In this document: piece after piece, positions 1 to 10,943 of the stretch
Layout: every line of letters begins with the position of its first letter
Position numbering within the stretch: position 1 is the first letter of the stretch
Assembly: GCA_052327205.1 (NCBI GenBank)
Contig: CM126210.1
Span: 181,102,001-181,166,000 of the forward strand
DNA: 64,000 bases
Source: Somniosus microcephalus
Lineage: Eukaryota
Direction: 5' to 3'
Notes under the pieces: model-generated
Seen by the model: only the letters and a program-made list of their open reading frames with translations
The model's database searches: none
Told to the model about the DNA's origin: nothing
Translations under genes and position numbers: made by a program

Positions 1-2163
1 GGATACTGTACCGTGTGAAGGACTGGGTTTGCAGTCACCTTGAAGTCTCCACAGATGCAAATTTTTCTCTGTTCTTCAGATTTATCATTATTCAACGTTT
101 TCTTCATGACTGGGACAATGGGTGTTGCCCACTCGCTCCAATCTATTTTGGATAATACGCCTGCCTTTTCCAAATTCTCCAGCTCTGCCTCGACTGCTGG
201 ACGAATTGCGTATGGCACCGGCCTTGCCTTAAACTTGGGAATTGTCGCATCTTCCACTTTTATTGAGGCGGTGATGCCTTTCAAGGTTCCTAGTTTCTCT
301 TGAAACACTTCTTTGGCGTTGGCCAAGATGTCTTTTAATCGTTCAGGTATGACGTCATCATTTTTTTCCTTACTGGTCACCGTCAGTGCCTGAATGGAGT
401 GCCAGTCTAAACGTATTTTCCTGATCCATTCACGTCCCAACAGCGGTGGACCACCATCTTGTAGAACTTTTGTATTTCCTTGCCGTTGTATACAACAGGC
501 ACCCTTACTTTTCCTTTGGGGTATACTTTCTGCCCCGTATATGTTTTCAAGATAATGGATGTGTCTTTTAAAGGTATATGCGGAAATAGCCGCTCGTAAT
601 CCCGTCGAATTATGACGGTCAGAGCTGATCCTGTATCTAGCTCCATTTTAACTGGGGACCCTGCTATCGTGAGGGTAACCCAAATGGTCTGGTAATCATC
701 TTTGGCAATTACATTATGTAATTTGAGACAGCTTAGTCTCGTTTTCGGAGTCGCTATCGCTCTTCTGGTCTTCGGAGCTACTGTCCGTCATCATTTGTAC
801 CTTTCTGTACTTTTCTTTATTGAGTGTTTGTTTTTTTTTTTCCTGTCCGTGGATTTTTTTTGTCCAGATCGGCATACCCGTGCAATGTGTCCAATCTTTC
901 CGCATTGCCTGCATGCTTTGTCCTTGAACCAGCAGTCCCTCTGGTCATGGGTGGATCTGCCGCAGCGATAACATCTCTCGACCCTGTGTCATTTCATGGG
1001 GCCGAAGTCCTGTGTCTTTTGTTGTATCTCTGCAGCTCCTCTTGCGGCTGCTTCGTATGATACAGCCATACTGAAAGCCTTGTCCAGTGTTAATCTTTCT
1101 CAGAAAGCAGCCTTTTCTGTGTTCCTTCACTTAGGAGACCGCAGACAAATTTGTCTCGAAGATAATCTGCTAGTCCTGCCCCGAATTGGCAGTGCTTTGA
1201 TAGCTTTTTTAATTCGGTGAGGTAATCAGCGTTACTTTCATTCTTGTGTTGATTTCTCTTGAAGAATTTGAATCATTCCGCTATCAGCAGCGGTGTTGGG
1301 TTTAAGTGCTCCTGTAGGGTATCAACAATTTCCTTAAAATTCTTGTCCTTTGGTTTGGCTGGAGTGATTAAGTTTCGTAACAGCCAGTATGTATTTGCGC
1401 CCATTAGATTTAGAAGTACTGACGCTTTTTTTTCATTTTCTATTCCATTTGCGGTGCAATATACCTCCACTCTTTCCACATATGTGGTCCAATCCTCTAT
1501 ATCATTATCAAAAGCATCAATATTGCCAGCCTTAGGCATCCTGGAAAAAAAATGGCGCTTTCCGCGCTTTTCTTTCTTTTCTGCAGAAAAGATATGGCGC
1601 TTCCTGCGCTTCCCCGCCGATGACAACGCTGTTTTCCGCGGGTTTCCCTTCTTTTTATTTCTTTATTTACAGGTGGAGACTCGTTCCCGCCGGACTCTCT
1701 CTGCTAGGTCTGAACGCCGACCTGCTTGCAGCGCCGGCCGTCTCCCGAGTGCTCCCTCCCCGTCTGTTACTGCTTGCCTCCGCCTTCGCTGCTTGGCCTC
1801 GCTGCAGAGCCAGCCGCTGGAGCCCCAGCCCGACGCCCAGGAAGGATTATTGCAGTACCTGCCACCAGCTCGGCTAGCTAGTGAAACCACAGCTTTTTCT
1901 TTTTCTTCGACTTTGGACGCCAGAGGAATCGGTGTCCTTGAGGTGCTGCCGAATTGCAGGTAAGTCCGTTTCCAATTCGTCGCCACTGTTGTGTCCGTGT
2001 GTTAATAGAGACACTGAAGACAGGAGTTGGTTTCACAAGTGTTTACTGAACAAAGTCTGGAGGGGAACGAACTGATACAACACAATATACAGGCTTATAT
2101 AGCCCGAGTGGCCATTACTGGCATTAAAGTACACAGGGGGCTCTTAAAGGCACATACACTACA
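1..2163 (-). mobile_element. Mag-like Ty3/Gypsy LTR retrotransposon, copy 1 (5' part; degenerate gag-protease-start of RT; continues left of window)
   Basis: 177-bp TG..CA LTR at 1987-2163 is followed by PBS TGGCGACGA. Gag starts MPKAGNIDAFDND at 1539 and has two CCHC knuckles. Protease motif MELDTGS and RT start WATPIVPV are present. Several stops and frameshifts. Closely similar to the element at 38399-43291. Confidence 0.95.
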
Positions 2164-3560
2164 GGGGGCTGGGAAATGGGGGAGGGGATGAAAGAACAAA
2201 AGGGAAGGTTTGGGAGAAGTAAAGAGACATTAAGTGATATACAGTACAAGACGAGATGGTAATAGGACAGATTAAGAAACAAAAGATGGCTCTAGATGAA
2301 GTGTGAAATGCGCTGGCAGAATGAAAGAGAGCTGCCATGTGGGAGAGGGAAAAAAAAAAGGAAAGGCACAAAGTGTGGATAAAAAATATGTAACCCCTTC
2401 ACGGTTCTCTAGTCTAGATATATGTGAGATGTGGTCTCTGTTGTAGACAGTATTCTATAGTCCAGTAAGGAGATCACTACTACAATGGCTTAATTCTAAT
2501 TATCTTACTTTATAGTTTTAACGTCAGACAGTATAAGAAGATTACGGGTCAATGACCTAAATTAGACATTTGCATACATTAGAATGAATCTAGACATAAT
2601 AAACATACATTCTCCATTTATATGGATTCAAAGGAGAATCTGTCCCTGTGTCCAAATTCGAGTGCACTCTTTCGTTGGCGCGCTTAAGTTGGAGCTCATG
2701 GTATGTATAATGTCTGCAAGACTTACGACTCCGAACCCCTTCGTTGAATTCTCTTCACGATCACTGAATCCCACTTTGAGTTCTGGATGCAGAGCTACTA
2801 ATACGAAGGGCGGCGGCCGAGTTTGGAAGCCCGGAACAGGATGCGGCAGCCATTTGCCTCCTGAGCCCTCTTTTCAGAGCTCCTGCCCTCTTCTTCCAGT
2901 CGCTCGCGTTTCCCGCTCGCAAAAAACCCGACTCCACCCCTTCCTCCTGGGGTTTCTGCCTGGAGACTGTGCAGCCTCACTGTCTGCAACAGTTGATACT
3001 GGTGCAGAATTATGGAAAGTCTGCTCTTAGTCACATTGTGTCCTTAAAAGTTCTTGCCGTACCTTCACATGGGCAACTTTAACCCAGGGATTTATAACAA
3101 TGATAATACAGTGTCTAAGTTAAAGATTGATAACCATACTTAGCGTACATAACATTTCCAGTGGGTATTACAAATATATAAATATGATAGGGGCTGAGGT
3201 TATGATCTGAAACTGTTGAACTCTATATTGAATCCGGAAGGCTCTAAAGTGCCTAAACGGAAGATGAGGTGCTGTTCCTTGAGCTTACGCTGAGCTTCTG
3301 TGGAACAATGCAAGAGCCCGAGGACAGTGAGGTCTGAGTGGGAATGGGGCGGTGAATTAAAGTGACAGGCGACCGGAAGCTCGGTCACCCTTACGGGTCA
3401 CCCAATCTGCATTTGGTCTCCCCAATGTAGAGGAGACCGCATCGTGAGCAGCGACTACAGTATACTAGATTGCAAGAAGTACAAGTAAATCGCTGTTTCA
3501 CCTGGAAGGGGTGTTTGGGGCCCTGGACAGTGGGAAGGGGGGAGGTGTAAGGGCAGCATA
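2164..3560 (-). mobile_element. Penelope-like element fragment (GIY-YIG C-terminus plus 3' region), interrupted by a solo LTR and abutting Gypsy copy 1
   Basis: ORF 3200-3388 reads LPVACHFNSPPHSHSDLTVLGLLHC..RKLKEQHLIFRLGTLEPSGFNIEF, typical of the Penelope endonuclease end. Colinear with the uninterrupted copy at 58790-59375. Confidence 0.85.
2389..3172. mobile_element. Solo LTR (784 bp)
   Basis: Starts TGTAAC, ends ATTACA, flanked by a 4-bp direct repeat AATA. The segment is absent from the homologous Penelope copy near 59160. Confidence 0.85.
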
Positions 3561-4291
3561 CTGAGTTAATGTCCAGAGATTCATGAAATGGTAACCCACC
3601 TGAGGGCCTAGGTGAGGGAGAAGATGAGCTGTTGTTGAGTCTTACACCATGTAATGCAAAATGTACTATTCTGTTGATATGGTGAATCTCTGTTCCTCTA
3701 AGGCCACAACATCTAATGCTGTTAAACTCTGACTTTTATCAAGTATTTACTTAATTGGTTTTCAGGATACAGGTCACAACCCTGGCTTTTTTTTTTAAGT
3801 GATTTGGAAGATCACTGTGAAGTAACGGATATTCCGGCTGCTGTGACAAATGATGGCCCTTGTTTAACTTTTTAAGGTGTGATATAGAAATTTGAGTGTG
3901 ACACTAAGTGTCCCAGTCATCCTTTTGTTGTCGTTTCTCTGTCTATCTCTCCTGCCTCTGTCCATGTGTGTCGTTCTTGTTTCTGTAAATGTCCTCTCCT
4001 GCTCTTTTCCTGTTTCTTTGAGTGGAAGGTGGAGAGTGGCATGGCACGATGGACGAGGGAGCTGATGAGGGCCTTCATTGATATTTACAACCTCTTCATT
4101 TTTGTTGTGCAAAGGAGAAGTGATTTGATAGTTGCCAGCTTGACTATGGATTTTGTTGCTATCTGCTGTTGTTCAAATGGAGATTCTTTTTCAAGTCCTA
4201 TTTTGCCACCCCTACTTTCCTCCTACATTGGGTTCCTGAATGGCGGATTGTGCGTTGCACAGAGTCTGGTACCATGATACTTGTCTGTTTA

Positions 4292-4730
4292 GTGTCAGCC
4301 GTGGCTCAGTGGGGTCACTCTCGCCTCTGAGTCAGAAGGCTGTGGGTTCTAGTCCCACCCTAGAGACTCGAGCACAAAACCTAGGCTGACACTCCAGTGC
4401 AGTACTGAGGCAGTTCTGCACTGTCAGAGGTGCCGTCTTTCGGATGAAACATTAAACCGAGGCCCTGTCTGCTCTCGTGGAAGAAAAAGGTCCCATGGCA
4501 CTATTCAAAGAAGGAGTTATCCCCAGTGTCCTGGCCAATATTTATCCCTCGACCAACAGAATTTAAAAAAAACAGAATATCTGGACATTATCACATTGCT
4601 GTTTGTGGGAGCTTGATGTGCACAAATTGGCTGCCACATTTCGTACATTACAACAGTGACTCCACTTCAAAAAGTCCTTCATTGACTGTAAAGCTTTGGA
4701 GCCTCCTGAGGTCATGAAAGGCAAGTCTTT
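4292..4730 (+). mobile_element. tRNA-derived DeuSINE (SacSINE1/AmnSINE1-related)
   Basis: A box TGGCTCAGTGG, B box GGTTCTAGTCC, Deu-domain-like core (TTATCACATTGCTGTTTGTGGGAGCTTG...) and an L2-type tail. Further copies at 23327 and 32680. Confidence 0.85.
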
Positions 4731-5425
4731 GGCCTAGAAATTGGGTTCTGGTCTTGCCAGGGCTGTAGCGCCAAAGTTTGCGCCAGCGGTAATGCGGCAG
4801 CGCCCGACGAAAATTCGGGTGCGCCGGGCCCAAACGGCGGCGGGCGCTAAAACCCTCCTTTAGCGCCTCAAAACGGGCGTGAACTTGGGTTTCCCGGCGC
4901 TAATCCCCCACTGCGGCACCCGATGCGGTGTGGCAGGCGGGGGAACTGCAGGCCTCCTCCTCCTGTTAAGGAGGAGCTGCCTGCAGCCGACAACTGTCCG
5001 GCGGATTGACCCGACATCTGAGCCCGGCACCTCGGGGAAGTGCCGGGCTCGCATGAGACACTGATCAGGGCCGCGGGGGGGGAATGCAGGAGTCCGGGAA
5101 GGGAGGTGCGGGCAGGCGGCCGCCGGGAACGCGGCCGGCCGCCGCTCCACCTTTATGCGCCGGCGCACACTGGGGGAAGACTCTGTTGCCAGAGTCTTAG
5201 TTGCGCCTGCCACGGGCGAGGCGGGCGCAACTGAATTTCGGCTTGGGGCCGGGTTACCACGGCAACCGGGACGCTGCGCACACCGATGATGTCATCGGTG
5301 CCGGCGCAGCGCTACCGGTCTACCGCCGCGGAAGGGCCCCAGGCAATTTAGGAATCGGCGCCAATTGCAGCGCTAGGCCCTCTAGCGCCGCAAAATCGGT
5401 GCTAAGGGCACTGAATTTCTAGGCC
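4731..5425. mobile_element. CpG-rich PIF/Harbinger-type MITE inserted in the SINE tail
   Basis: Perfect 12-bp TIR GGCCTAGAAATT/AATTTCTAGGCC with a 3-bp flanking duplication TTT. Confidence 0.85.
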
Positions 5426-5703
5426 TTTCTTTCTTCTTCTTATTCTGTTATAATTATGGAACTCTGATCCTGCCAATATTAAACTGCGCTTTTAACAACA
5501 GTGAAGTTTGTTTTTTTTATTTAAATTTGAATTTTCTCTCAGCATGAAGGAGTTCAGTTTATTCCTTTAAAAAATTTTTTTTAATGTTCTGTTAGTAATA
5601 TCACTGTTTTTGCAAGAGGGTAAACTTGCAATTTTTGGTTCTACACTTTTTGGGCTGAACATATCAAGCAGCACCAGGGAACTATCAGGCACTCCCCATA
5701 CTA

Positions 5704-6650
5704 TGGCCGGAATTTTAATCGGGAGGCGGGTTGGGAGCGGGGGGAGGGGGGCCGGCTTGGAAGCGGTCGGGAAACCCAGGAGAATAGGTTGGAAATGGAG
5801 AGGCTGGCTGGCTGCGGACGGATAGGCCTGCAGCACTAGGCCGCAGAAAGGAGGGAGGGAGGAATCGAATGGGGGCCGGGAGGTGGTCGGGGGAGGAGGA
5901 GGCCGGGAGGTGGTCGGGGGAGGAGGAGGCAAAGAACATTGGGGGGGCCGGAGGAGCAACGAGTGGGGGTGGGGGGGGCAGACAGAGAAAATCGGTGGGC
6001 TGGAGGAATATTGGGGGGAAGCCGGGAAGGTGATCAGAGGCCGGGGGGGGTGGAGGGGGCTGCGGAGAATATCAGAGGTGTGTGGGGGGGGGGGAATCAG
6101 AGCAATGTTCTCCCTAATTTTTTTTTTTTTGGATACATGGCCCCTTTAACAGGCTGCGCAGCCCATTCAACGTTTCGCGCATGCGTGAAATTTCACATTG
6201 GAAAACCCGATCCCGGGTTGCGCTGGACCGGCAAACAGCTGCGTAACTATGCAACTTAGAGGGAACGTTGGATCAGAGGCCTCGTGGAGGGTCTCTATTC
6301 ACGGGGAGTGGGTTAGGCAGGGACACTGGATCCAGGAGGTGAGTGTAAAGGTGCTTACCTCCTGGATCCAGCAGTCCTCGCCTTCCATTAGCAGTCGGGT
6401 TTCTCGAGGCCTACGAAACCCGACCAGCTATAATTAAATTTAAAATGGTGTTTAAATCTGAGGCACGCCAGCCTCGTTATAAAATTTAAATGGACAACCC
6501 TCCTCCTGGGAGCAGGTAGGCTGCCCGCCCCCATCAAAGCCGGAAGTGAGCGGGTTGGAGGCGGGTTCTGGTCGGGATTCAGATTTGTAACATTTTAATT
6601 TCCCACCTGACCTCAACCCACCTGTTTTTTGGGGTTACAATTCCCCCCTT
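5704..6650. mobile_element. Probable Harbinger-type MITE with a G-rich core
   Basis: Degenerate ends (GGCCGGAATTTTAA ... TTACAATTCCCCCC) and an internal 27-bp direct repeat GGCCGGGAGGTGGTCGGGGGAGGAGGA x2 at 5874-5927. Confidence 0.5.
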
Positions 6651-6981
6651 TGAGTCAACAGAGTGGCCATGAGCCTATATCACCAAGACAAATACAACTA
6701 AGTACTTTTAAATAATATTAACGTATTTGTGAAATGAGCAAGAGGAGTGGAATTAGACTAGTTGGCTAATATGGAGACAAGCATTTGTGCAAATATCATG
6801 GGCTAAACGGCCTGTTTCTGTGCTAGAACGATTATGTGGTATATGATTATCGCAGGTGTATTTACGTTATTATGTTGTCTACCACAGATGCTGGTCAAAA
6901 ACAGCGGCTTCTCCATCACCAATATAGCTGGTTTCATTCTCAAACATCACTAACTGTGCTAAAATGAGCTTAAAACATACG

Positions 6982-7711
6982 GGGGGTGGGAGATTCGGTT
7001 GCTTTGCGCCTCATTAACACTCTCTTAGGGTGCGGCGATCTTTGAGCCGCTCGTGAAAGTGACGATATTTTTGTGACGGCGCTAAACACACCCGCCACGA
7101 TCTCCTGCGCCTGCAGATCGGGACGTCAGTCGAGCGTGCAACACCCTGGTAGCACCCCGGACCGGGTATTGAGTGGCACCCCCTGCCTTTCCGCCTGCCG
7201 CTAGCAACGACAGGTTGAGGGGAACGTTTTGCAGTCGGGAAGGAACTGGGGGAGCGCTATTTAAAGGCGGCCGCTTCTTGCCTTTTTTTGTTGGCGACAA
7301 TTTTGCACCACGCATTCTGAGAGAGAGAGACTTCTGGAGAGATTCAACGCTGTGTGCAGGAGTTTTGGGTACTGAGCAGCACTTTGCAGGTTCATTTTGA
7401 TTTGACCTTCTTTGCATCGATTTAGAAGAGACTATGGGGGCTGCACTCTGAGCTCTTTCCCTGGGCCTCTCCATTGTTCTTTCCAGCAGATTTGATGTAC
7501 AGGTCTCTCCAGGCCGAGATTCAAGGCTGCAATGAGCAGGGTGTGGATGGAGCAAGATCGGCCCTCCCCTTTAAGAACTGGCCGGCGCCAGTGTTCCATT
7601 GCTGACTGACATCACATGAGCCTCGCTCCTTGGCGTTAGCGCCTTAAGAGAGGTGTGTAGTGCCCGGCTGATAATTGCACCCCAAATGGGGCAATACCGA
7701 ATTTCTCCCCC
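6982..7711. mobile_element. Non-autonomous Harbinger-type element, copy A
   Basis: GGGGG..AGATTCGGT / ACCGAATTTCTCCCCC ends with a candidate 3-bp TSD ACG. Closely similar to 19199-20036. Confidence 0.8.
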
Positions 7712-8327
7712 ACGGTTTACAGAATACGTACTGAGGAGCCGTCACCAACCACACATTTCCAGATGTGAATGAAGTGTCAGTTTATATTGTAGTAAATTGC
7801 ATCATATTTTAACAACCCTCTTACACTGACTGCAGCAAAGCTCCTACACAAGAGCTAATTTACAGCAAGATGGTATGAGAAAAAATGTCACCCACAGAAT
7901 TAATACAAAAGCAAAAGACTGCGGATGCTGGAAATCGGAAATAAAAACAGAAAATGCTGGAAATACACAGGTCAGGCAGCATCTGTGGAGAGAGAAACAA
8001 ACCCACAGAATTAACCCTGGTTTTAATTTCCCAGTACATTTTGCACTGCCGATCTAATTCTATTTAACTAGTACTCAAGGTCAATAGCCTTTTCGAATTA
8101 AATAATGTACATAATATATTTGCTTAATAACAATTTATAAGTACACCTTGACAGAATACTAGGAACCTATTTGCTGATACTGATAGTTGATCGCTGAATT
8201 GGTGCAGAACGGTTAAAGAGTCAACTTTCCAATCTTAACTCAAGGCAATGAAACATACGAATACACATACACACCCCTTTAGGAACCAGTTCCATTTCTT
8301 CCACCTATACCATGTGCAATTTATTAC

Positions 8328-8543
8328 CTGTAGCATATTTTTTCCAGCTGCCTTTAGCCACTTTGAATTGTACTTTAAACTCCAAGCCAAACTTTTCGGT
8401 AACCAGGAATCAGCATTCTGCAGGCAGTTTGACTGTTCCAGTTCTGTTTCATTGTGAACCATAGAGTGACACACGACCTTGCTGCAAACATCACCACAGC
8501 ACAACTGTGTTCTAACAACATGAGCCTTGTACATGGCTTCTTG
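8328..8543 (-). CDS. Candidate exon (216 nt, phase 0-0) of the Sec14-domain gene or of an internal alternative transcript
   Basis: Acceptor tttgtttatctgtag and donor CAG|gtaata bound an open frame QEAMYKAHVV...GKNMLQ containing GCCATG. No recognisable domain. Confidence 0.35.
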
Positions 8544-8694
8544 CTACAGATAAACAAACTGTGCTCTAATCACCACCCAAGGTCCGGTTTATCTCCTGCA
8601 ATGCAACTATATTTCCTCTCTTCCCTCACACACAATGCTCTCAGCAAACATGGGATGAAGCGTTGATTGCAACAGCAAACACTCAAGCCATTGA

Positions 8695-9080
8695 TAGAAC
8701 AACAGAAAATGCTGGAAAAACTCAGCAGGCCAGGCAGCATCCATGGAGAGAGAAACAGAGTTAACGTTTCAGGTCGAAGACCCTTCGTCAGAACTGGGAA
8801 AAGGGGGAGGTGATAAAAGAACAAAAGGGAAGGTCAGTGATAGGATAGAAAGCAGGAGAGATTAAGAGACACAGAGACATAGAGATATTCAAGGAACAAA
8901 GGATGGCTCTAGATGAAGTGTGAATGGCCCTGGCAGAATGAAGGACAGCTGCCATGTGGGAGGGAAGAAAAAAGCCCAGACGAAAGTGTGGATTAAAAAA
9001 ATATATATATATATATATGATTGATCTGAAATTGTTGAACTCTATGTTGAGTCCCTAATCGAAAGATGAGGTGCCAATGA
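8695..9080 (-). mobile_element. Short non-autonomous Penelope-derived element with hammerhead ribozyme
   Basis: Perfect 14-bp TSD ACTCAAGCCATTGA (8681-8694, 9081-9094). Homologous to 2164-3300 and 58790-59375. Confidence 0.85.
8759..8795 (-). ncRNA. Minimal type I hammerhead ribozyme (Penelope-type)
   Basis: Minus strand reads AGTT-CTGACGA-AGGGTCTTCGACCT-GAAAC-GTTA-ACT: CUGAnGA and GAAA cores, stem II GGTC/GACC, palindromic minimal stem III (AACGTT) and a short stem I. Confidence 0.8.
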
Positions 9081-9353
9081 ACTCAAGCCATTGAGTTCAT
9101 TACCATTGCAAATAGCTGTTGTGAAGTAAAAGGAATTAAGGTGGAAATTCTCTCCATACCAATAATGTTCACTTACCAAAGCAGCACGTGGCAGTTTGTT
9201 TTATCTTCTTAAAAAAAAAAAAAAAACTTTTCTTCTTTCTCCAATGTTTTGTTCCTTGAAGTACTGACTCAAAGGCAAAGTTCCAACTTCACACTGGAAG
9301 CCTCATCCACTGGCAATGCACAGCAAAAACTCAGGCACACGGTGCACACAATT

Positions 9354-10440
9354 ATCATAGAATCATAGAACAGGAGTAGGCCATTCAGCCCCTCGAGCCT
9401 GTCCCGCCATTCAGTTAGATCATGGCTGATCTGTACCTCGACTCCATTTACCTCCTTTGCTCCATCTCCCTTGATACCCTTAGCTAACACAAATCTATCG
9501 ATCTCAATCTTGAAATTTCAATTGACCATGCATTCACAACCTTTTGGGGAAACAAGTTCCAGATTTCCACTAACCTTCATGTGAAAAGGTGCTTCCCGAT
9601 TTCATTCCTAAATAGCCTAACTCTAATTTTAAGATTATGTAATCTTGTTCTGGATTCCCCCACCAGAGGAAATAGTTTCTCTGTATCTAACCTATCGAAT
9701 CCCTTGATCATTTTATGCACCTCAAGCTTCTAAACTCAAGGGAACACAAGCCAAATTTATGTAACCTGTCCTCACAATATAACCCTATATGCCCTTGTAT
9801 CGTACTGGTGATTCTGCGTGTTATCCATTCAAGGCCAATATATATTTCCTTAAGGTCGATATCCAAAACTGAATGCAATACACCAGATAGGGTCTGGCCA
9901 ATGCTCTCTACAACTGAAGCATCACTTCCTCACTTCTGAATTCCAACCCCTTGAGATAACGGCCAAATTTCCTTTAACCTTTTGGATTATTTTTTGTACC
10001 TGTGCATTAACATTTAGTGATTTGTGTACAGAGAAACCTAAACCCTTGCTCCTCTAAAATTTCTAGTCTCTCACCATTAAGAAAACATTCCAATTTGTCT
10101 TTTTCAGATCCAAAGTGGAATACCTCACACTTACCCACATTGAACTCCATCTGCCATAGTTTTGCCCACTCACTTAATCTGCCTATGTCCCTTTGTCCTG
10201 CTCTCATCTACACAAGTTACTGTGCCTCTTAACTTATTGTCAGCTGCAAACTTGGACATACAACTCTCTGTTCCTTCATCCAAGTCATTAATATATGGTG
10301 AAAAGCTGAAGCCCCAGTACAGATCCCCGGGGAACACCGCTTGTCACATCCCGCCAATCAGAGGATGTTCCTTTTATCCCTTGTCTGTCTCTTACCTCCC
10401 TAGCAATTACTGACCCATGTCACAAGGTACCTCCAATTCT
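9354..10440 (-). mobile_element. CR1 LINE 3' fragment (degenerate)
   Basis: RT-end peptide WAKLWQMEFNVGKCEVFHFG and an ATTCTATG-type tail. Confidence 0.9.
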
Positions 10441-10943
10441 GTGCACAAGTATACAAAGACCTGCAAATGTCACTACAAAGTAAAAGGATTCCATTTCAAA
10501 AAATGAATGTATTAGTGTTTATTTTTGGTGCCATTACATCAGTGTCCTAGTTTGGGGTACTTTTGCCATTTTGCAACAGGAAATATGTTCTAAGCAAAAG
10601 CTGCCTAAAGAGGAGTTAACTTTTCAGAGCAACCCCATGATGCGTTGTGGATACATGGGCAGACAAAGGGTATTTAAAATGTGAGATGGGCATCAGTGCA
10701 TGGTACAATGGAGCAGTGTAATGTCCTACACTACCTAGCTCTGACTCTTATCTACATGACTATAGGAAAATGCTAAATTTAGATGGTGAACTTTGCAGTA
10801 TGAACTGTGGGCATCAAAAACCATAGTAACCACTGATAATATGCTCCATAGAAAATATAATATACAATAATTACTAAATACTATGCAAAAAGTAAACGGT
10901 ATACTCAAAATGTATATCATAATATCACCTGCAAAGCAAATCG

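Noticed and set aside
1259-1963. 234-aa plus-strand ORF (and the 206-aa ORF at 42375-42995)
   Set aside because: These are antisense shadows of gag and the leader. The frames differ between copies and no domain is recognisable.
3864-4290. Purine-rich minus-strand ORF (82 aa) as a possible exon
   Set aside because: No convincing splice sites, stops in the upstream frames, and no recognisable homology.
4292-4370. tRNA-like sequence with A and B boxes
   Set aside because: It is the head of a DeuSINE and continues into SINE body, so it is not a tRNA gene.
5567-6259. Pro-rich and Gly-rich ORFs and G-quadruplex-prone tract
   Set aside because: Low-complexity interior of a probable MITE; the ORFs follow from base composition.
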